From Gaiellaceae bacterium (GTDB lineage Bacteria > Actinomycetota > Thermoleophilia > Gaiellales > Gaiellaceae): a DNA stretch of 59,522 nucleotides. This document shows, in pieces, positions 38,553 through 47,895 of this stretch; within the stretch, counting starts at the first letter, position 1; each line of letters opens with the position of its first letter. Below the pieces are notes generated by a model. The model saw only the letters and a list, made by a program, of their open reading frames with translations, made no database searches and was not told the DNA's origin. Location of the stretch: positions 1 through 59,522 of the forward strand of contig JBFFGH010000001.1 in NCBI GenBank assembly GCA_041557575.1, in the 5' to 3' direction. A program made the translations under genes and the position numbers.

Positions 38553-39632
38553 CTAGCCCTGGGGGGGCCGCTCGAAGATCGGGTCCTCCTCCGAGCCCGG
38601 GCGCGGCGCGACCGCGAGGCACGCATCCCTGAACTCTCCGATCGCCTGCTCCCAGCTCGCAGCGCGCGCTCGGGCGACGAACGTCGGCGTGAAGACGACG
38701 CGATGGATGAGGACGGGCACGAACAGCTGCTCGATGTCGTCGGGAATCACGAAGCTCCGTCCCTGGAGCAGCGCCCAGGCACGTGCGGCGCGCTCGAGCG
38801 CGAGGCTGCCGCGCACCGAGCTCCCGATCACGACGGACTCCTGCTCCCTGGTGGCGCGAACGAGCTCGACGAGCCAGCGGTGGATGACGTCGTCGACGTA
38901 GACCTCACGTGCTCCTGCCCGGAGCGCCTCGATGTCGGCGAGCCCGACGACGGGCTCGAGGGTCTCGAGTGGATGCGCGAAGCGCTGCTCCTCGAGGATG
39001 CGCAGCTCGTCCTCGATGCCCGGGTATCCGAGCGCCGTCCTGAGGAAGAAACGGTCGAGCTGCGCCTCCGGCAGAGGGAACGTCCCCTCGTACTCGATCG
39101 GGTTCTCCGTCGCGATCAGGAGGAACGGCGAAGGAAGCTCGCGCGTGACGCCGTCGACGGTCACCTGGAACTCGGCCATCGCCTCGAGAAGCGCGGACTG
39201 CGTCTTGGGCGTCGCGCGGTTGATCTCGTCGACGAGCACGACGTTCGCGAAGATCGGGCCGGGGCGGAACTCGAAGTCGCGCGACTTCTGGTTGAAGATC
39301 GAGAGACCGGTGACGTCGGTCGGCTGGAGGTCGGGAGTGCACTGGATGCGGGACGGCAGCGCCCCTTCGATCGTCCCTGCGATCGCCCGCGCGAGCACGG
39401 TCTTCGCCGTCCCCGGCACGTCTTCGAGCAGCACATGGCCACCACAGACGAGCGCGGTGAGGACGAGCTTGACCTCTTCGCGCTTGCCGTAGACGACGCT
39501 CTCGATGTTCGCGACGAAACGCGTCGCGATCTCAGTCGCACGGGAGAAGCGCTCCGCGCTCTCGTCTCGGTCTGCGACGGCCTCCACCGAGATGATGCTA
39601 GCCGCGCGTGTGTGCTCCACGTGGCTCGCCAT
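38553..39632 (-). CDS. moxR: MoxR-family AAA+ ATPase
   Basis: 359 aa. Walker A GVPGTAKT, Walker B VLLVDEINR, and ATENPIEYEGTFPLPEAQLDRF. Confidence 0.9.
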   Translation of the reverse strand: MASHVEHTRAASIISVEAVADRDESAERFSRATEIATRFVANIESVVYGKREEVKLVLTALVCGGHVLLEDVPGTAKTVLARAIAGTIEGALPSRIQCTPDLQPTDVTGLSIFNQKSRDFEFRPGPIFANVVLVDEINRATPKTQSALLEAMAEFQVTVDGVTRELPSPFLLIATENPIEYEGTFPLPEAQLDRFFLRTALGYPGIEDELRILEEQRFAHPLETLEPVVGLADIEALRAGAREVYVDDVIHRWLVELVRATREQESVVIGSSVRGSLALERAARAWALLQGRSFVIPDDIEQLFVPVLIHRVVFTPTFVARARAASWEQAIGEFRDACLAVAPRPGSEEDPIFERPPQG

Positions 39633-39705
39633 GACTCAGGTACTTCAACGCGCGAAGTCACTTCTAGTTAGTGGGCAACGGCGCGGGGGTCGACGTCGCT
39701 GCGCC

Positions 39706-39725
39706 CGGCGGCGGCTCCGCCGCCG
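39706..39725 (-). terminator. GC hairpin (8-bp stem, 4-nt loop), 56 nt downstream of the atpG stop
   Basis: ccggcggc-ggct-... pairs 39706-39713 with 39718-39725. There is no U-tract. Confidence 0.35.
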
Positions 39726-39780
39726 CGCTTCAGGGATCTTCACGCAGGCCGGATCCGCTCCCGCGCGGTCTGCTGCGCGA

Positions 39781-40668
39781 CTACATCAGCGCTTCGGCGC
39801 CCGCCACGACCTCGAGGATCTCCTGCGTGATCTCCGCCTGGCGCGCGCGGTTCATCCGCAGCGTGAGGGTGTCGATGAGCTCGCCCGCGTTCTTCGACGC
39901 GTTCCGCATGGCCGTCATGCGGGCCCCCTGCTCGGATGCCGTGGACTCGAGCAGCGCCCGGTAGATCTGCGTCTCCAGGTACACGGGGAGCAGACGCTCC
40001 AGGATCTCCTCCGGCTCCGGCTCGAAGATGAAGTCACCGCGGAGGATGTCGTCGGCCCGCTCCTGCTCGTCCGTCTCGAGGATGTCCGCCGAGATCGGGA
40101 GCACGTCCTTCTCCGTCACCTTCTGCGTGAGCGCGGAGATGAACGTGTTGTAGACGAGGGTCACTCGATCGACCTCGCCCGAGGTGAAGAGCTCGGCGAC
40201 CCGATGCGAGATCGCCTGGGCATCCGCGTATCCGGGATGGTCGGTGAAGCCCATGTACGAGCCGGAGAGCTCACGCCGGCGGAAGAGGAGCGTCGATCGG
40301 CCCTTCTTCCCCACCGTGATCCACCGGACGGCCTTTCCCTCCGCCTGCAGCGCTCGCTCGAGCGCGAACGCACGGCGCAGGATCTGCGCGTTGAACGCAC
40401 CGGCGAGCCCGCGGTCGCCCGTGAGCGGGACGATCGCGACGGTCTCGACCGTCTCGCGCTGGTCGAGCAGGGGGAGCCTGACCGCGGACGACGCCCTCCC
40501 CACCCCGGCGATGAGCTCGACCATCGTCTCGGCGTACGGGCGAAGCGCAACGATCCGCTGCTCTGCCCGCCGCAGCTTCGCCACGGCGACGAGCTCCATG
40601 GCTCGCGTGATCTTCCGCGTGTTGCGGACGGAACGGATCCGGCGCTTGAGCTCCTGGACTGTTGCCAT
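39781..40668 (-). CDS. atpG: F1 ATP synthase gamma subunit
   Basis: 295 aa. N-terminus ELKRRIRSVRNTRKITRAMELVA and C-terminus ITQEILEVVAGAEA. Confidence 0.95.
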   Translation of the reverse strand: MATVQELKRRIRSVRNTRKITRAMELVAVAKLRRAEQRIVALRPYAETMVELIAGVGRASSAVRLPLLDQRETVETVAIVPLTGDRGLAGAFNAQILRRAFALERALQAEGKAVRWITVGKKGRSTLLFRRRELSGSYMGFTDHPGYADAQAISHRVAELFTSGEVDRVTLVYNTFISALTQKVTEKDVLPISADILETDEQERADDILRGDFIFEPEPEEILERLLPVYLETQIYRALLESTASEQGARMTAMRNASKNAGELIDTLTLRMNRARQAEITQEILEVVAGAEALM

Positions 40669-40689
40669 GCGCGTCTCGGGTCGTCGCGG

Positions 40690-42219
40690 CTAGCCCGCGA
40701 GCCCCTTCTCCTCCTCGACGTTGAAGCCGTGGACGAACCGCTCCAGCTCCGCGGCCAGCTTCTCCGCGACGTCGTCCGGGAGGTCGCCCGTCGAGCGGAT
40801 CGACTCGAGGATCGAGCCCTCGGCGCGCAGGTGCTCGCGCAGCTCCTCGTGGAACCTTGGCACCTGGGCCACGGGAACCTTGTCGAGCCAGCCGTGGATG
40901 CCCGCGTAGATCGCGACGACCTGCTCCTCCATGGGCCACGGCACGTACTGGGGCTGGTTGAGCGTCGCCACCATCCGCTCGCCGCGGCCGAGCGCCTGCT
41001 GCGTCGCCGCGTCGAGCTCCGAGCCGAACTGCGCGAACGCCTCGAGCTCGCGGTACTGGGCCAGGTCGAGGCGGAGGCGCCCGGCGACCTTCTTCATCGC
41101 CTTCGTCTGCGCGTTGCCACCGACCCGCGAGACCGACGTGCCGACGTTGATGGCCGGCCTGACCCCGGAGTAGAAGAGGCTCGACTCGAGGAAGATCTGG
41201 CCGTCGGTGATCGAGATGACGTTGGTCGGGATGTACGCCGCGATGTCCCCGGCCTGCGTCTCGATCACGGGGAGCGCGGTCAGCGAGCCGCCGCCGAGCT
41301 CGTCGGAGAGCTTGCAGGCGCGCTCGAGCAGGCGCGAGTGGAGGTAGAAGACGTCTCCCGGGAACGCCTCGCGGCCCGGAGGCCGGCGGAGGAGCAGCGA
41401 GAGCTGCCGGTACGAGTCCGCATGCTTCGAGAGGTCGTCGTAGATGCAGAGCGCGTGCTGCCCGTTGTAGAGGAAGTGCTCTCCCATCGCCGCGCCGGCG
41501 AACGGAGCCATCCACTTGATCGGCGCTGCCTCCTGGGCGGGCGCGGAGACGACGATCGTGTACTCCATCGCGCCGGCATCGCGAAGCCGGTCGACGACCT
41601 GCGCGACCGTCGAGCCCTTCTGGCCGACCGCGACGTAGATGCAGATGACGTCGCCGCCGCGCTGGTTCAGGATCGTGTCGATCGCGACCGCGGTCTTCCC
41701 CGTGGAGCGGTCGCCGATGATGAGCTCGCGCTGGCCGCGCCCGATGGGGGTCATCGCGTCGATGGACTTGAGGCCGGTCTGCAGGGGCTCCTTCACGGGC
41801 TGCCGGCTGATGACACCCGGCGCCTTGAACTCCAGCGGACGACGCTCCGTCGTCTCGATCGGGCCGAGACCGTCGAGCGGGTTCCCGAGCGGATCGACGA
41901 CTCGACCGAGGAGGGCCGGCCCGACCGGGACGCTCATGACCTCTCCGGTGCGCCGTGCCGGCTCGCCTTCCTTGACGTGCTGCCACTCGCCGAAGAGCGC
42001 CGTGCCGACGTTGTCCTCCTCGAGGTTGAACGCGATTCCGACGACGCCGTGCTCGAGCTCGAGGCGCTCGAGGGCGACGCAGTTCTCGAGGCCGTGGATG
42101 CGGGCGATTCCGTCACCGACCTGGAGGACGGTCCCGACCTCCGAGAGGTCGGTCTCGACCTCGAACTGCTGGATCCTGTCCTTCAGGATCGAGGTGATCT
42201 CTTCGGGGCGTAGCTTCAT
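40690..42219 (-). CDS. atpA: F1 ATP synthase alpha subunit
   Basis: 509 aa. P-loop [16 protein letters not shown]. Confidence 0.95.
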   Translation of the reverse strand: MKLRPEEITSILKDRIQQFEVETDLSEVGTVLQVGDGIARIHGLENCVALERLELEHGVVGIAFNLEEDNVGTALFGEWQHVKEGEPARRTGEVMSVPVGPALLGRVVDPLGNPLDGLGPIETTERRPLEFKAPGVISRQPVKEPLQTGLKSIDAMTPIGRGQRELIIGDRSTGKTAVAIDTILNQRGGDVICIYVAVGQKGSTVAQVVDRLRDAGAMEYTIVVSAPAQEAAPIKWMAPFAGAAMGEHFLYNGQHALCIYDDLSKHADSYRQLSLLLRRPPGREAFPGDVFYLHSRLLERACKLSDELGGGSLTALPVIETQAGDIAAYIPTNVISITDGQIFLESSLFYSGVRPAINVGTSVSRVGGNAQTKAMKKVAGRLRLDLAQYRELEAFAQFGSELDAATQQALGRGERMVATLNQPQYVPWPMEEQVVAIYAGIHGWLDKVPVAQVPRFHEELREHLRAEGSILESIRSTGDLPDDVAEKLAAELERFVHGFNVEEEKGLAG

Positions 42220-42341
42220 CCGTTGTCTCCTTTATGCGCGAACGCGGATTCCGCTTGCGCGAGAGCCGCGCGCGCAAATCCCTGGAGGCGTCCGCTTCGC
42301 GGCCGCTGTCGTAGCGTCTGTCGATGTGCCGGTGGTCGTCA

Positions 42342-42875
42342 TCACTGGCTCGTTGCCAATTGGTGCCGGAGGCGCTCGAGGCGACCACGGACGCTTCCGT
42401 CGGCGCGGTGCGAGCCCACCTGCAAGACGATGCCGCCGATGATGCTCGCGTCGACGCTTCGGGTCGCCTCGACCGTGCGACCGGAGGCCTGCTCGATCGT
42501 CGAGACGATCGACCGGGCTTCGTCGTCCGAGAGCTCGTAGGCGGTCGTCAGCTCGACGGCCAGGCGATTCTGCGAGCGGGCGACGAGCGCCTCGTACTCG
42601 GCGCTCATCTCGGAGATCTCCCCCGCCCTGCCCTTCTCGGCGACGAGCCGGGCGAAGTTGCGGACGAGCTCGTCGGCGCCGGTCGTGAGCTCGCCGAGCA
42701 CCTCGGCCTTGCCGGTCGGATCGATCTGGGGGTTCCGAAGGAAGGCTCTGAGCTCGGGGACGTCGTCGAGAGCCTGCGCGAGCGCCCCGAGGTCGGCCGA
42801 CACCTGCTCGACCCGACCCGCATCGCCCGCAGCCTCGAAGAGGGCGCGCGCGTACATGCGCTGCGCGACGGCCAT
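42342..42875 (-). CDS. atpH: ATP synthase delta (OSCP) subunit
   Basis: 177 aa. N-terminus YARALFEAA. Position between atpF and atpA. Confidence 0.9.
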   Translation of the reverse strand: MAVAQRMYARALFEAAGDAGRVEQVSADLGALAQALDDVPELRAFLRNPQIDPTGKAEVLGELTTGADELVRNFARLVAEKGRAGEISEMSAEYEALVARSQNRLAVELTTAYELSDDEARSIVSTIEQASGRTVEATRSVDASIIGGIVLQVGSHRADGSVRGRLERLRHQLATSQ

Positions 42876-42877
42876 GC

Positions 42878-43429
42878 CTACGCCTCGTCCTTCTCCAGCG
42901 CCGAGAAGTCGAGCTCCGAGAGAGCCTCGTCGATGAGGCGGCGCTGGTCCTCGGCATCGAGGACCTTCCCCGTGACACGGGCGGTGGCCTCGAGCGTGAG
43001 GTCCGCGACCTCCGAGCGGATCAAGTCGATGGAGCGCTTCGTCTCGGCATCGATCTGGCGGCGGGTCTCGTCGAGGCGCCGGAGCCTCTCGGCCTCGGCC
43101 TCCTCCTTCGTGCGGTCCATCTGCGCGTCCGCCACCTTGCGCGCGTCGGCGAGGATCGTCGCCGCCTCTCCCTTCGCGTCAGCGATCAGCTGCCGATGCT
43201 GCTCGAGGAGGTCACGCGCCTCCTCACGCGCCCGATCCGCCTCGTCGACCGCCGCACGAATGCGGTCGCGACGCTCGTCGATCGTCTTCTGGATCGGGCC
43301 GAACGCGAAGCGCTTGAGGACGAAGAACGTGATCCCGAAGCAGATCAGCGTCCAGATCATCAGGCCCGGGACGACGTCGATGAGCCCCCCGGACGACTCT
43401 TCGGTTGCTGCGAGCAGGAACTGCAGCAT
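42878..43429 (-). CDS. atpF: ATP synthase Fo b subunit
   Basis: 183 aa. One N-terminal TM helix followed by a long charged helix. Confidence 0.9.
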   Translation of the reverse strand: MLQFLLAATEESSGGLIDVVPGLMIWTLICFGITFFVLKRFAFGPIQKTIDERRDRIRAAVDEADRAREEARDLLEQHRQLIADAKGEAATILADARKVADAQMDRTKEEAEAERLRRLDETRRQIDAETKRSIDLIRSEVADLTLEATARVTGKVLDAEDQRRLIDEALSELDFSALEKDEA

Positions 43430-43432
43430 CGC

Positions 43433-43702
43433 TCAGACGAGGACGTAGGCGAGGAGCCCGCCGATGAGTCCGTAGAACACGACGGCCTCGGTCAGGGCGA
43501 AGCCGAGCCACTGGATGCCCTGGAGCTCGCCACGGAGCTCGGGCTGGCGTGCGACGGCCTGGATCATCGAGCCGAAGATGTTGCCGATGCCGATGCCGGC
43601 TCCGAGCGAGCCGAGGCCGATGCCCAGCGCGAGGGCGATCGCCTTGCCGGCGTCCGCGCCGTCATCGACGGCCGCGAGGAAGAAGAAAGACGACGAGAGC
43701 AT
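43433..43702 (-). CDS. atpE: ATP synthase Fo c subunit
   Basis: 89 aa hairpin. ARQPE loop and the carboxylate in ALTEAV. Confidence 0.9.
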   Translation of the reverse strand: MLSSSFFFLAAVDDGADAGKAIALALGIGLGSLGAGIGIGNIFGSMIQAVARQPELRGELQGIQWLGFALTEAVVFYGLIGGLLAYVLV

Positions 43703-43717
43703 GTCCTGAGAGCCTCC

Positions 43718-44593
43718 TTAGTGCTCCGGCTCGATTGCCGAGCCGATGTAGATGGCGGAGAGGGCGGCGAAGATGTACGCCTGGATCGATACGACGATGA
43801 CGACCTCGAACAGGTAGAAGACCGTAGCCGCGGGGACCGCGACGACGGCGAGGGCGAGGTTTCCGATCACGAAGATCAGCCCGATGAACGTGAGGATGAG
43901 CATGTGGCCTGCGAGCATGTTCGCGTAGAGACGCACGGAGAGGCTGATCAGCCGCATGAACTGGCCGAGGATCTCGAGCGGGATGATCAACGGCAGCATC
44001 GCCTTCGGAACCTCGGGGATCCAGCTGCGGAAGTACTTGCGCACGCCGTTCTCGCGGATCCCCTCGACGTGCGTGAAGACGAACGTCATGAGCGCGAGCG
44101 CAAGGGTCACCGAGAGGGTCGACGTGGCGGCGAAGATCGCGAGGGTCGGGAGCTCGACGCCGAAGAGGTCGAACCGCTCGTCGGAGAGCGGGAGCGGGAT
44201 GAACCCCAGCATGTTCACGACCCAGATGAAGATCATCAGGGACGCCACGTAGGGGAACCAGCGTCCGATCGCCTTCGTCGGAAGGCCCTGCTCGGCGACC
44301 TGCACCTGCGCGATGTCGTAGATCGTCTCGCCGAGCGCCTGGCGACGCGTCGGGCCCCTCCCCACCTTGACGCGCATCAGGACGAGCCCGAGCGCGATGG
44401 ACGCGATGGAGCCGAGGATGAGGTACGCGACCGCCTTGTTGATCGACATGTCGATCGGGCCGATCTTGAGCTCCGGCCCCCAGGTCTTGAGGTCCCACTC
44501 GTGCGCCGGGTCGAAGTCGGATTCGTTCGCGGCAAGCGCCTGGGATGGAGCCACGAGCGCCGCGACCAGCAGCGCGAACGCGACCCGCTTCAT
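43718..44593 (-). CDS. atpB: ATP synthase Fo a subunit
   Basis: 291 aa. Conserved Arg in SLSVRLYANMLAGH. Confidence 0.9.
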   Translation of the reverse strand: MKRVAFALLVAALVAPSQALAANESDFDPAHEWDLKTWGPELKIGPIDMSINKAVAYLILGSIASIALGLVLMRVKVGRGPTRRQALGETIYDIAQVQVAEQGLPTKAIGRWFPYVASLMIFIWVVNMLGFIPLPLSDERFDLFGVELPTLAIFAATSTLSVTLALALMTFVFTHVEGIRENGVRKYFRSWIPEVPKAMLPLIIPLEILGQFMRLISLSVRLYANMLAGHMLILTFIGLIFVIGNLALAVVAVPAATVFYLFEVVIVVSIQAYIFAALSAIYIGSAIEPEH

Positions 44594-44988
44594 CTGGCCT
44601 TCGGCTCCTGGCCGAAGTACGCCGTGAGACCGACTGCGAGCTCCACCGTGAAGACGAGCGCGTAGAGGATCGCCGCGGCGATCCCGACGCTTTGGTTCGT
44701 GATCGTGGCAACCACGAGCGGGATGCCGACGAGAAGTGCCCGAGAGGTGGTTCCGATGCCCCGCATGCCTGCCGCGGCGAGGTTATCGGGACGGCCGGGA
44801 AGACGCGTCAGTACGAGAGCGAAGATCTCCGCGGCGAGCCAGAGCACGGCGGCCAGCGCCCACCCCGAGAGCGGCCAGCCGGCGACGGCGAAGACGGGCA
44901 GCGCGAGCAGGAGGACGGTGCCTCCGGCGATCGTCGGTGCGAGGCGGCCCGGTACGTCCCGGGGAGTCGTGAAGATCCCCCCGCTCAT
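44590..44988 (-). CDS. AtpI-like 4-TM membrane protein
   Basis: ORF trimmed to ATG 44988. ATGA overlaps at both ends. Confidence 0.6.
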   Translation of the reverse strand: MSGGIFTTPRDVPGRLAPTIAGGTVLLLALPVFAVAGWPLSGWALAAVLWLAAEIFALVLTRLPGRPDNLAAAGMRGIGTTSRALLVGIPLVVATITNQSVGIAAAILYALVFTVELAVGLTAYFGQEPKAR

Positions 44989-45209
44989 TGCGTCTTCGCC
45001 CTGGCGTACACCTGATACACGACGGCGACTCCCATCGGGATGCCCACGAGGGCGCCGATGAGGAGACCTATCCCGGCCGCTCCGAGCGCCCATCCGACGA
45101 GGGCGCCGACGATCATCGCCGCTGCGAGGGAGTCCAGGAGGAGCCCCGAGGCGGTGGCGAGCGAATGAGGTGAGGGGGCCGCGTCCGGCGTCATCCCGGC
45201 GGGGAGCAT
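44985..45209 (-). CDS. small 2-TM AtpZ/AtpR-like protein (first gene of the atp cluster)
   Basis: ORF trimmed to ATG 45209, preceded by GGTGG. 74 aa with Gly/Ala-rich TM helices. Confidence 0.5.
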   Translation of the reverse strand: MLPAGMTPDAAPSPHSLATASGLLLDSLAAAMIVGALVGWALGAAGIGLLIGALVGIPMGVAVVYQVYARAKTQ

Positions 45210-45278
45210 AGCACCCACCTTGTAACAGTCGATTTCCGCTTCTTCGAGCCAAATATGGGCGACTTCGTTACACACCGT

Positions 45279-45284
45279 TACGAT
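45279..45284 (+). promoter_or_regulatory. -10-like box TACGAT, 6 nt before GTG 45291; leaderless candidate
   Basis: TAnnnT hexamer with G at -14, in the comparatively AT-richer divergent region 45210-45290. Confidence 0.35.
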
Positions 45285-45290
45285 CGCCGG

Positions 45291-46022
45291 GTGGAGCGGC
45301 TCGTTCTCGTTCACGGAAGCGTCCTCGGCGGGCGGGGGACGTGGGGCGCGCAGAGGCAGCTCGCAGAGCGGTTCGAGCTCGTCGTCCTCGACCGGCCCGG
45401 GTTCCCCCCGAATCCCCCGGTCGACCGGATCGACTTCGAGCTGGACGCGGCGTGGGTGGCGGACCTGCTGCGATCCGGGGATCACGTCGTCGGCCACTCC
45501 TACGGGGGTGTGATCTCACTGCTCGCAGCCGCCCGGCAACCCGAGCTCGTCGGCTCCCTGACCGTCATCGAGCCCCCTGCGACGCGAGTCGCCTCCCACG
45601 CCCCGGCCGTCGCAGAGTTCGTACGGCGCGGCACCGAGCTCTGGGCGAACGGGCCGAGGCACGACCCGGAGGCGTTCCTCGATGCGTTCCTGCGTGCCGT
45701 CGGCTCGGGGTTCGAACCGCCGTCCCCCCTCCCGCCCGAGCTGGAGCAGGCTGCCCGCGCGCTCGCGAACGAGCGCGGGCCCTGGGAGGCGGACATCCCC
45801 CTGCACGACCTCGCAGCGGCTCCGTTCCCGACGCTCGTCGTGTCCGGTGCGCACCACCCTGCGTTCGACGCGATCTGCGACGTGCTCGAGCGGGAGCTCG
45901 GCGCCGAGCGGATCGTGCTGCCGGGCTACGGGCACACGGTTCAGCGCCATCCCGACTTCAACGAGCACCTCGCCGACTTCGTGGAGCGCGCCGCCGCGGG
46001 CCGTGACGCGGACGCGCGCTAG
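45291..46022 (+). CDS. alpha/beta hydrolase
   Basis: Motifs LVLVHG and nucleophile elbow GHSYGG. Start is GTG 45291 (the track uses ATG 45255). Confidence 0.8.
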   Translation: MERLVLVHGSVLGGRGTWGAQRQLAERFELVVLDRPGFPPNPPVDRIDFELDAAWVADLLRSGDHVVGHSYGGVISLLAAARQPELVGSLTVIEPPATRVASHAPAVAEFVRRGTELWANGPRHDPEAFLDAFLRAVGSGFEPPSPLPPELEQAARALANERGPWEADIPLHDLAAAPFPTLVVSGAHHPAFDAICDVLERELGAERIVLPGYGHTVQRHPDFNEHLADFVERAAAGRDADAR

Positions 46023-46042
46023 CGCCCCCGGCGGGGGGTCGC

Positions 46043-47170
46043 CTAGGCCGTGAGCCGCTCCCGCGCCTCGTCGGCCTCGCGCGCGCGACGCCGGATCCGC
46101 GGGTTCATGAGCTTCACGATCTCGAGCAGGTAGACGACGTAGACCGAGAAGAGGATCGCCACGAGGGCGATCCCGATGACGACGATCGTCTCCAGGGGGT
46201 GCCACTCGCCACCCTCGCGGAACGGGACGAAGCGCGTGGCGAGCGCCGCGCCCGCGAGGCTCGCGCACCACAGCCACATCGTGACGGCCGCTCGCCTCTG
46301 CGAGAACCCGATGTTCAGGAACCGGTGATGGAGGTGGCTTCGGTCGGCGGTGTAGATGGGCTGGTTGTGCTTCAGCCGCCGCGCCACGACGAACGAGGTG
46401 TCGAGGATCGGCACGGCGAGCACGAGCAGCGGCAGGATGAGGACGACCGTGGACGCGGTCTTGAGCAGCCCCTGGATGGAGACGGACGCGAGGACGAAGC
46501 CGAGACAGAGCGCGCCGGAGTCCCCCATGAAGATCCGGGCCGGGAAGAAGTTGTGCCGCAGGAACCCCAGGCACGCGCCCGCGACCACGGCGGAGAGGAT
46601 CGCCGGGTCGGGCTTCCCGAGCGAGAGCGCCAGGATCGCGTAGGTCACGCCCGCGATCCCGCAGACGCCGGCTGCGAGCCCGTCCAGGCCGTCGAGGAAG
46701 TTGACCATGTTCATCACCGCCACGATGAAGAGCATCGAGAGCGACACCCCGAGCCATGCGGGCAGGTCGACGACACCGATGAGCGGGAAGGTGAAGTGGT
46801 CGATCCAGACGCCGAACGCGCAGGGGATCGACGCCGCGACGAACTGGCCCGTCAGCTTCACGGGCGGGGAGAGCCCCCGGAAGTCGTCGACCGCCCCCAG
46901 GACCGTGGCGACTGCCGCTCCGAGCAGGACGCCTCGGCTCTCCCCGGAGAGGTCGAGGAACGCGAGAGACGGAATGAGGATCCCGAGGAAGATCGCGAGG
47001 CCGCCGAGACGCGGAATCGGCGCACGATGGACGCGACGCGGGTCCGGCTCGTCGACGACGCCGAGCATCCGGGCCATCCCGCCGACGGCCGGCGTCAGCA
47101 AGACGACGATGACGAACGCGATCACGCCGCCGTAGAGGACCTCGGGCGTCGCCCTGAGCTCGTCGAGCAC
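46043..47170 (-). CDS. wecA: MraY/WecA-family undecaprenyl-phosphate GlcNAc-1-phosphate transferase
   Basis: 375 aa and polytopic. Motifs NFLDGLDGLA and HLHHRF. It sits just upstream of the atp cluster, as rfe does in actinobacteria. Confidence 0.8.
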   Translation of the reverse strand: MLDELRATPEVLYGGVIAFVIVVLLTPAVGGMARMLGVVDEPDPRRVHRAPIPRLGGLAIFLGILIPSLAFLDLSGESRGVLLGAAVATVLGAVDDFRGLSPPVKLTGQFVAASIPCAFGVWIDHFTFPLIGVVDLPAWLGVSLSMLFIVAVMNMVNFLDGLDGLAAGVCGIAGVTYAILALSLGKPDPAILSAVVAGACLGFLRHNFFPARIFMGDSGALCLGFVLASVSIQGLLKTASTVVLILPLLVLAVPILDTSFVVARRLKHNQPIYTADRSHLHHRFLNIGFSQRRAAVTMWLWCASLAGAALATRFVPFREGGEWHPLETIVVIGIALVAILFSVYVVYLLEIVKLMNPRIRRRAREADEARERLTA

Positions 47171-47227
47171 CCTCTATGCCTCCCGAGACGTCGTCGCGAC
47201 CTCGTTCATCGCCTGCCGCACGCGAGG

Positions 47228-47887
47228 CTATTTCGTTCCGTAGAGGCGGTCGCCTGCGTCACCGAGGCCCGGGAGGATGTAGCCGTGCTCGTTCAGCTCG
47301 CGGTCGACGGCCGCGACGACGATGCGGACGTCGGGGTGCTCCGTGTGGACGCGCTGGATCCCCTCGGGAGCGGCGATCAGGGCGATCAGGCGCACCGACG
47401 TCGCCCCCGACCGCTTCACGAGGTCGACTGCCGCCGCGGTCGAGTTGCCCGTCGCGAGCATCGGGTCGAGGATGATGACGTCGCGCTCGGCGAGGTCGTC
47501 GGGGAGCTTGACGTAGTACTCGACCGGCTCGAGCGTCTCCTCGTTCCGGTACAGGCCGATGAACCCGACTCGCGCCCCCGGGATGAGCGAGAGCACGCCG
47601 TCGAGCATGCCCATGCCTGCACGGAGGATCGGGCAGATGGCGACCTTCTTGCCGGAGATCCGGCGAGCCTTCATCCGCTCGAGGGGGGTCTCGATCTCGA
47701 CCTCCTCGTCCGCGAGGTCCTTCGTCGCCTCGTACGTGAGCAGGAGCGTCAGCTCGTTCACGAGCTGCCGGAACATCTGCGTCGTCGTCTCCCGGTCGCG
47801 CAGGAGCCCGATCTTGTGCTGGACGAGCGGGTGCCTGACCTCGGTGAGAGCCCCGGTCTGGGTGTGCTGGCTGGCGGTCGAGTCCAC
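47228..47887 (-). CDS. upp: uracil phosphoribosyltransferase
   Basis: ORF trimmed to GTG 47887, preceded by AGGAGGAG. Motifs [17 protein letters not shown] and [12 protein letters not shown]. Confidence 0.9.
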   Translation of the reverse strand: MDSTASQHTQTGALTEVRHPLVQHKIGLLRDRETTTQMFRQLVNELTLLLTYEATKDLADEEVEIETPLERMKARRISGKKVAICPILRAGMGMLDGVLSLIPGARVGFIGLYRNEETLEPVEYYVKLPDDLAERDVIILDPMLATGNSTAAAVDLVKRSGATSVRLIALIAAPEGIQRVHTEHPDVRIVVAAVDRELNEHGYILPGLGDAGDRLYGTK

Positions 47888-47895
47888 GGCTCCTC

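Noticed and set aside
36628-38622. Composite ORFs whose 5' parts extend over the upstream gene. Examples: 36628..38622, 8238..9062, 8664..10685, 10336..11220, 44590..45252, 44985..45497, 47228..48613, 51724..52959, 52614..53717, 53546..54412, 54741..57260, 56446..57795, 25090..26598, 31907..33643, 24030..24737 and 19585..20337.
   Set aside because: The N-terminal extensions overlap well-supported upstream genes and look like Arg-rich shadow sequence. Each was trimmed to an internal ATG/GTG/TTG that follows the upstream stop and has either an SD or a -10 box.
47221-47230. GAGGCTAT near the upp stop as another copy of the GAGCCTAT / CGATAGGCTC motif.
   Set aside because: It has one mismatch, it includes the upp stop codon, and it has no start codon at the appropriate distance.
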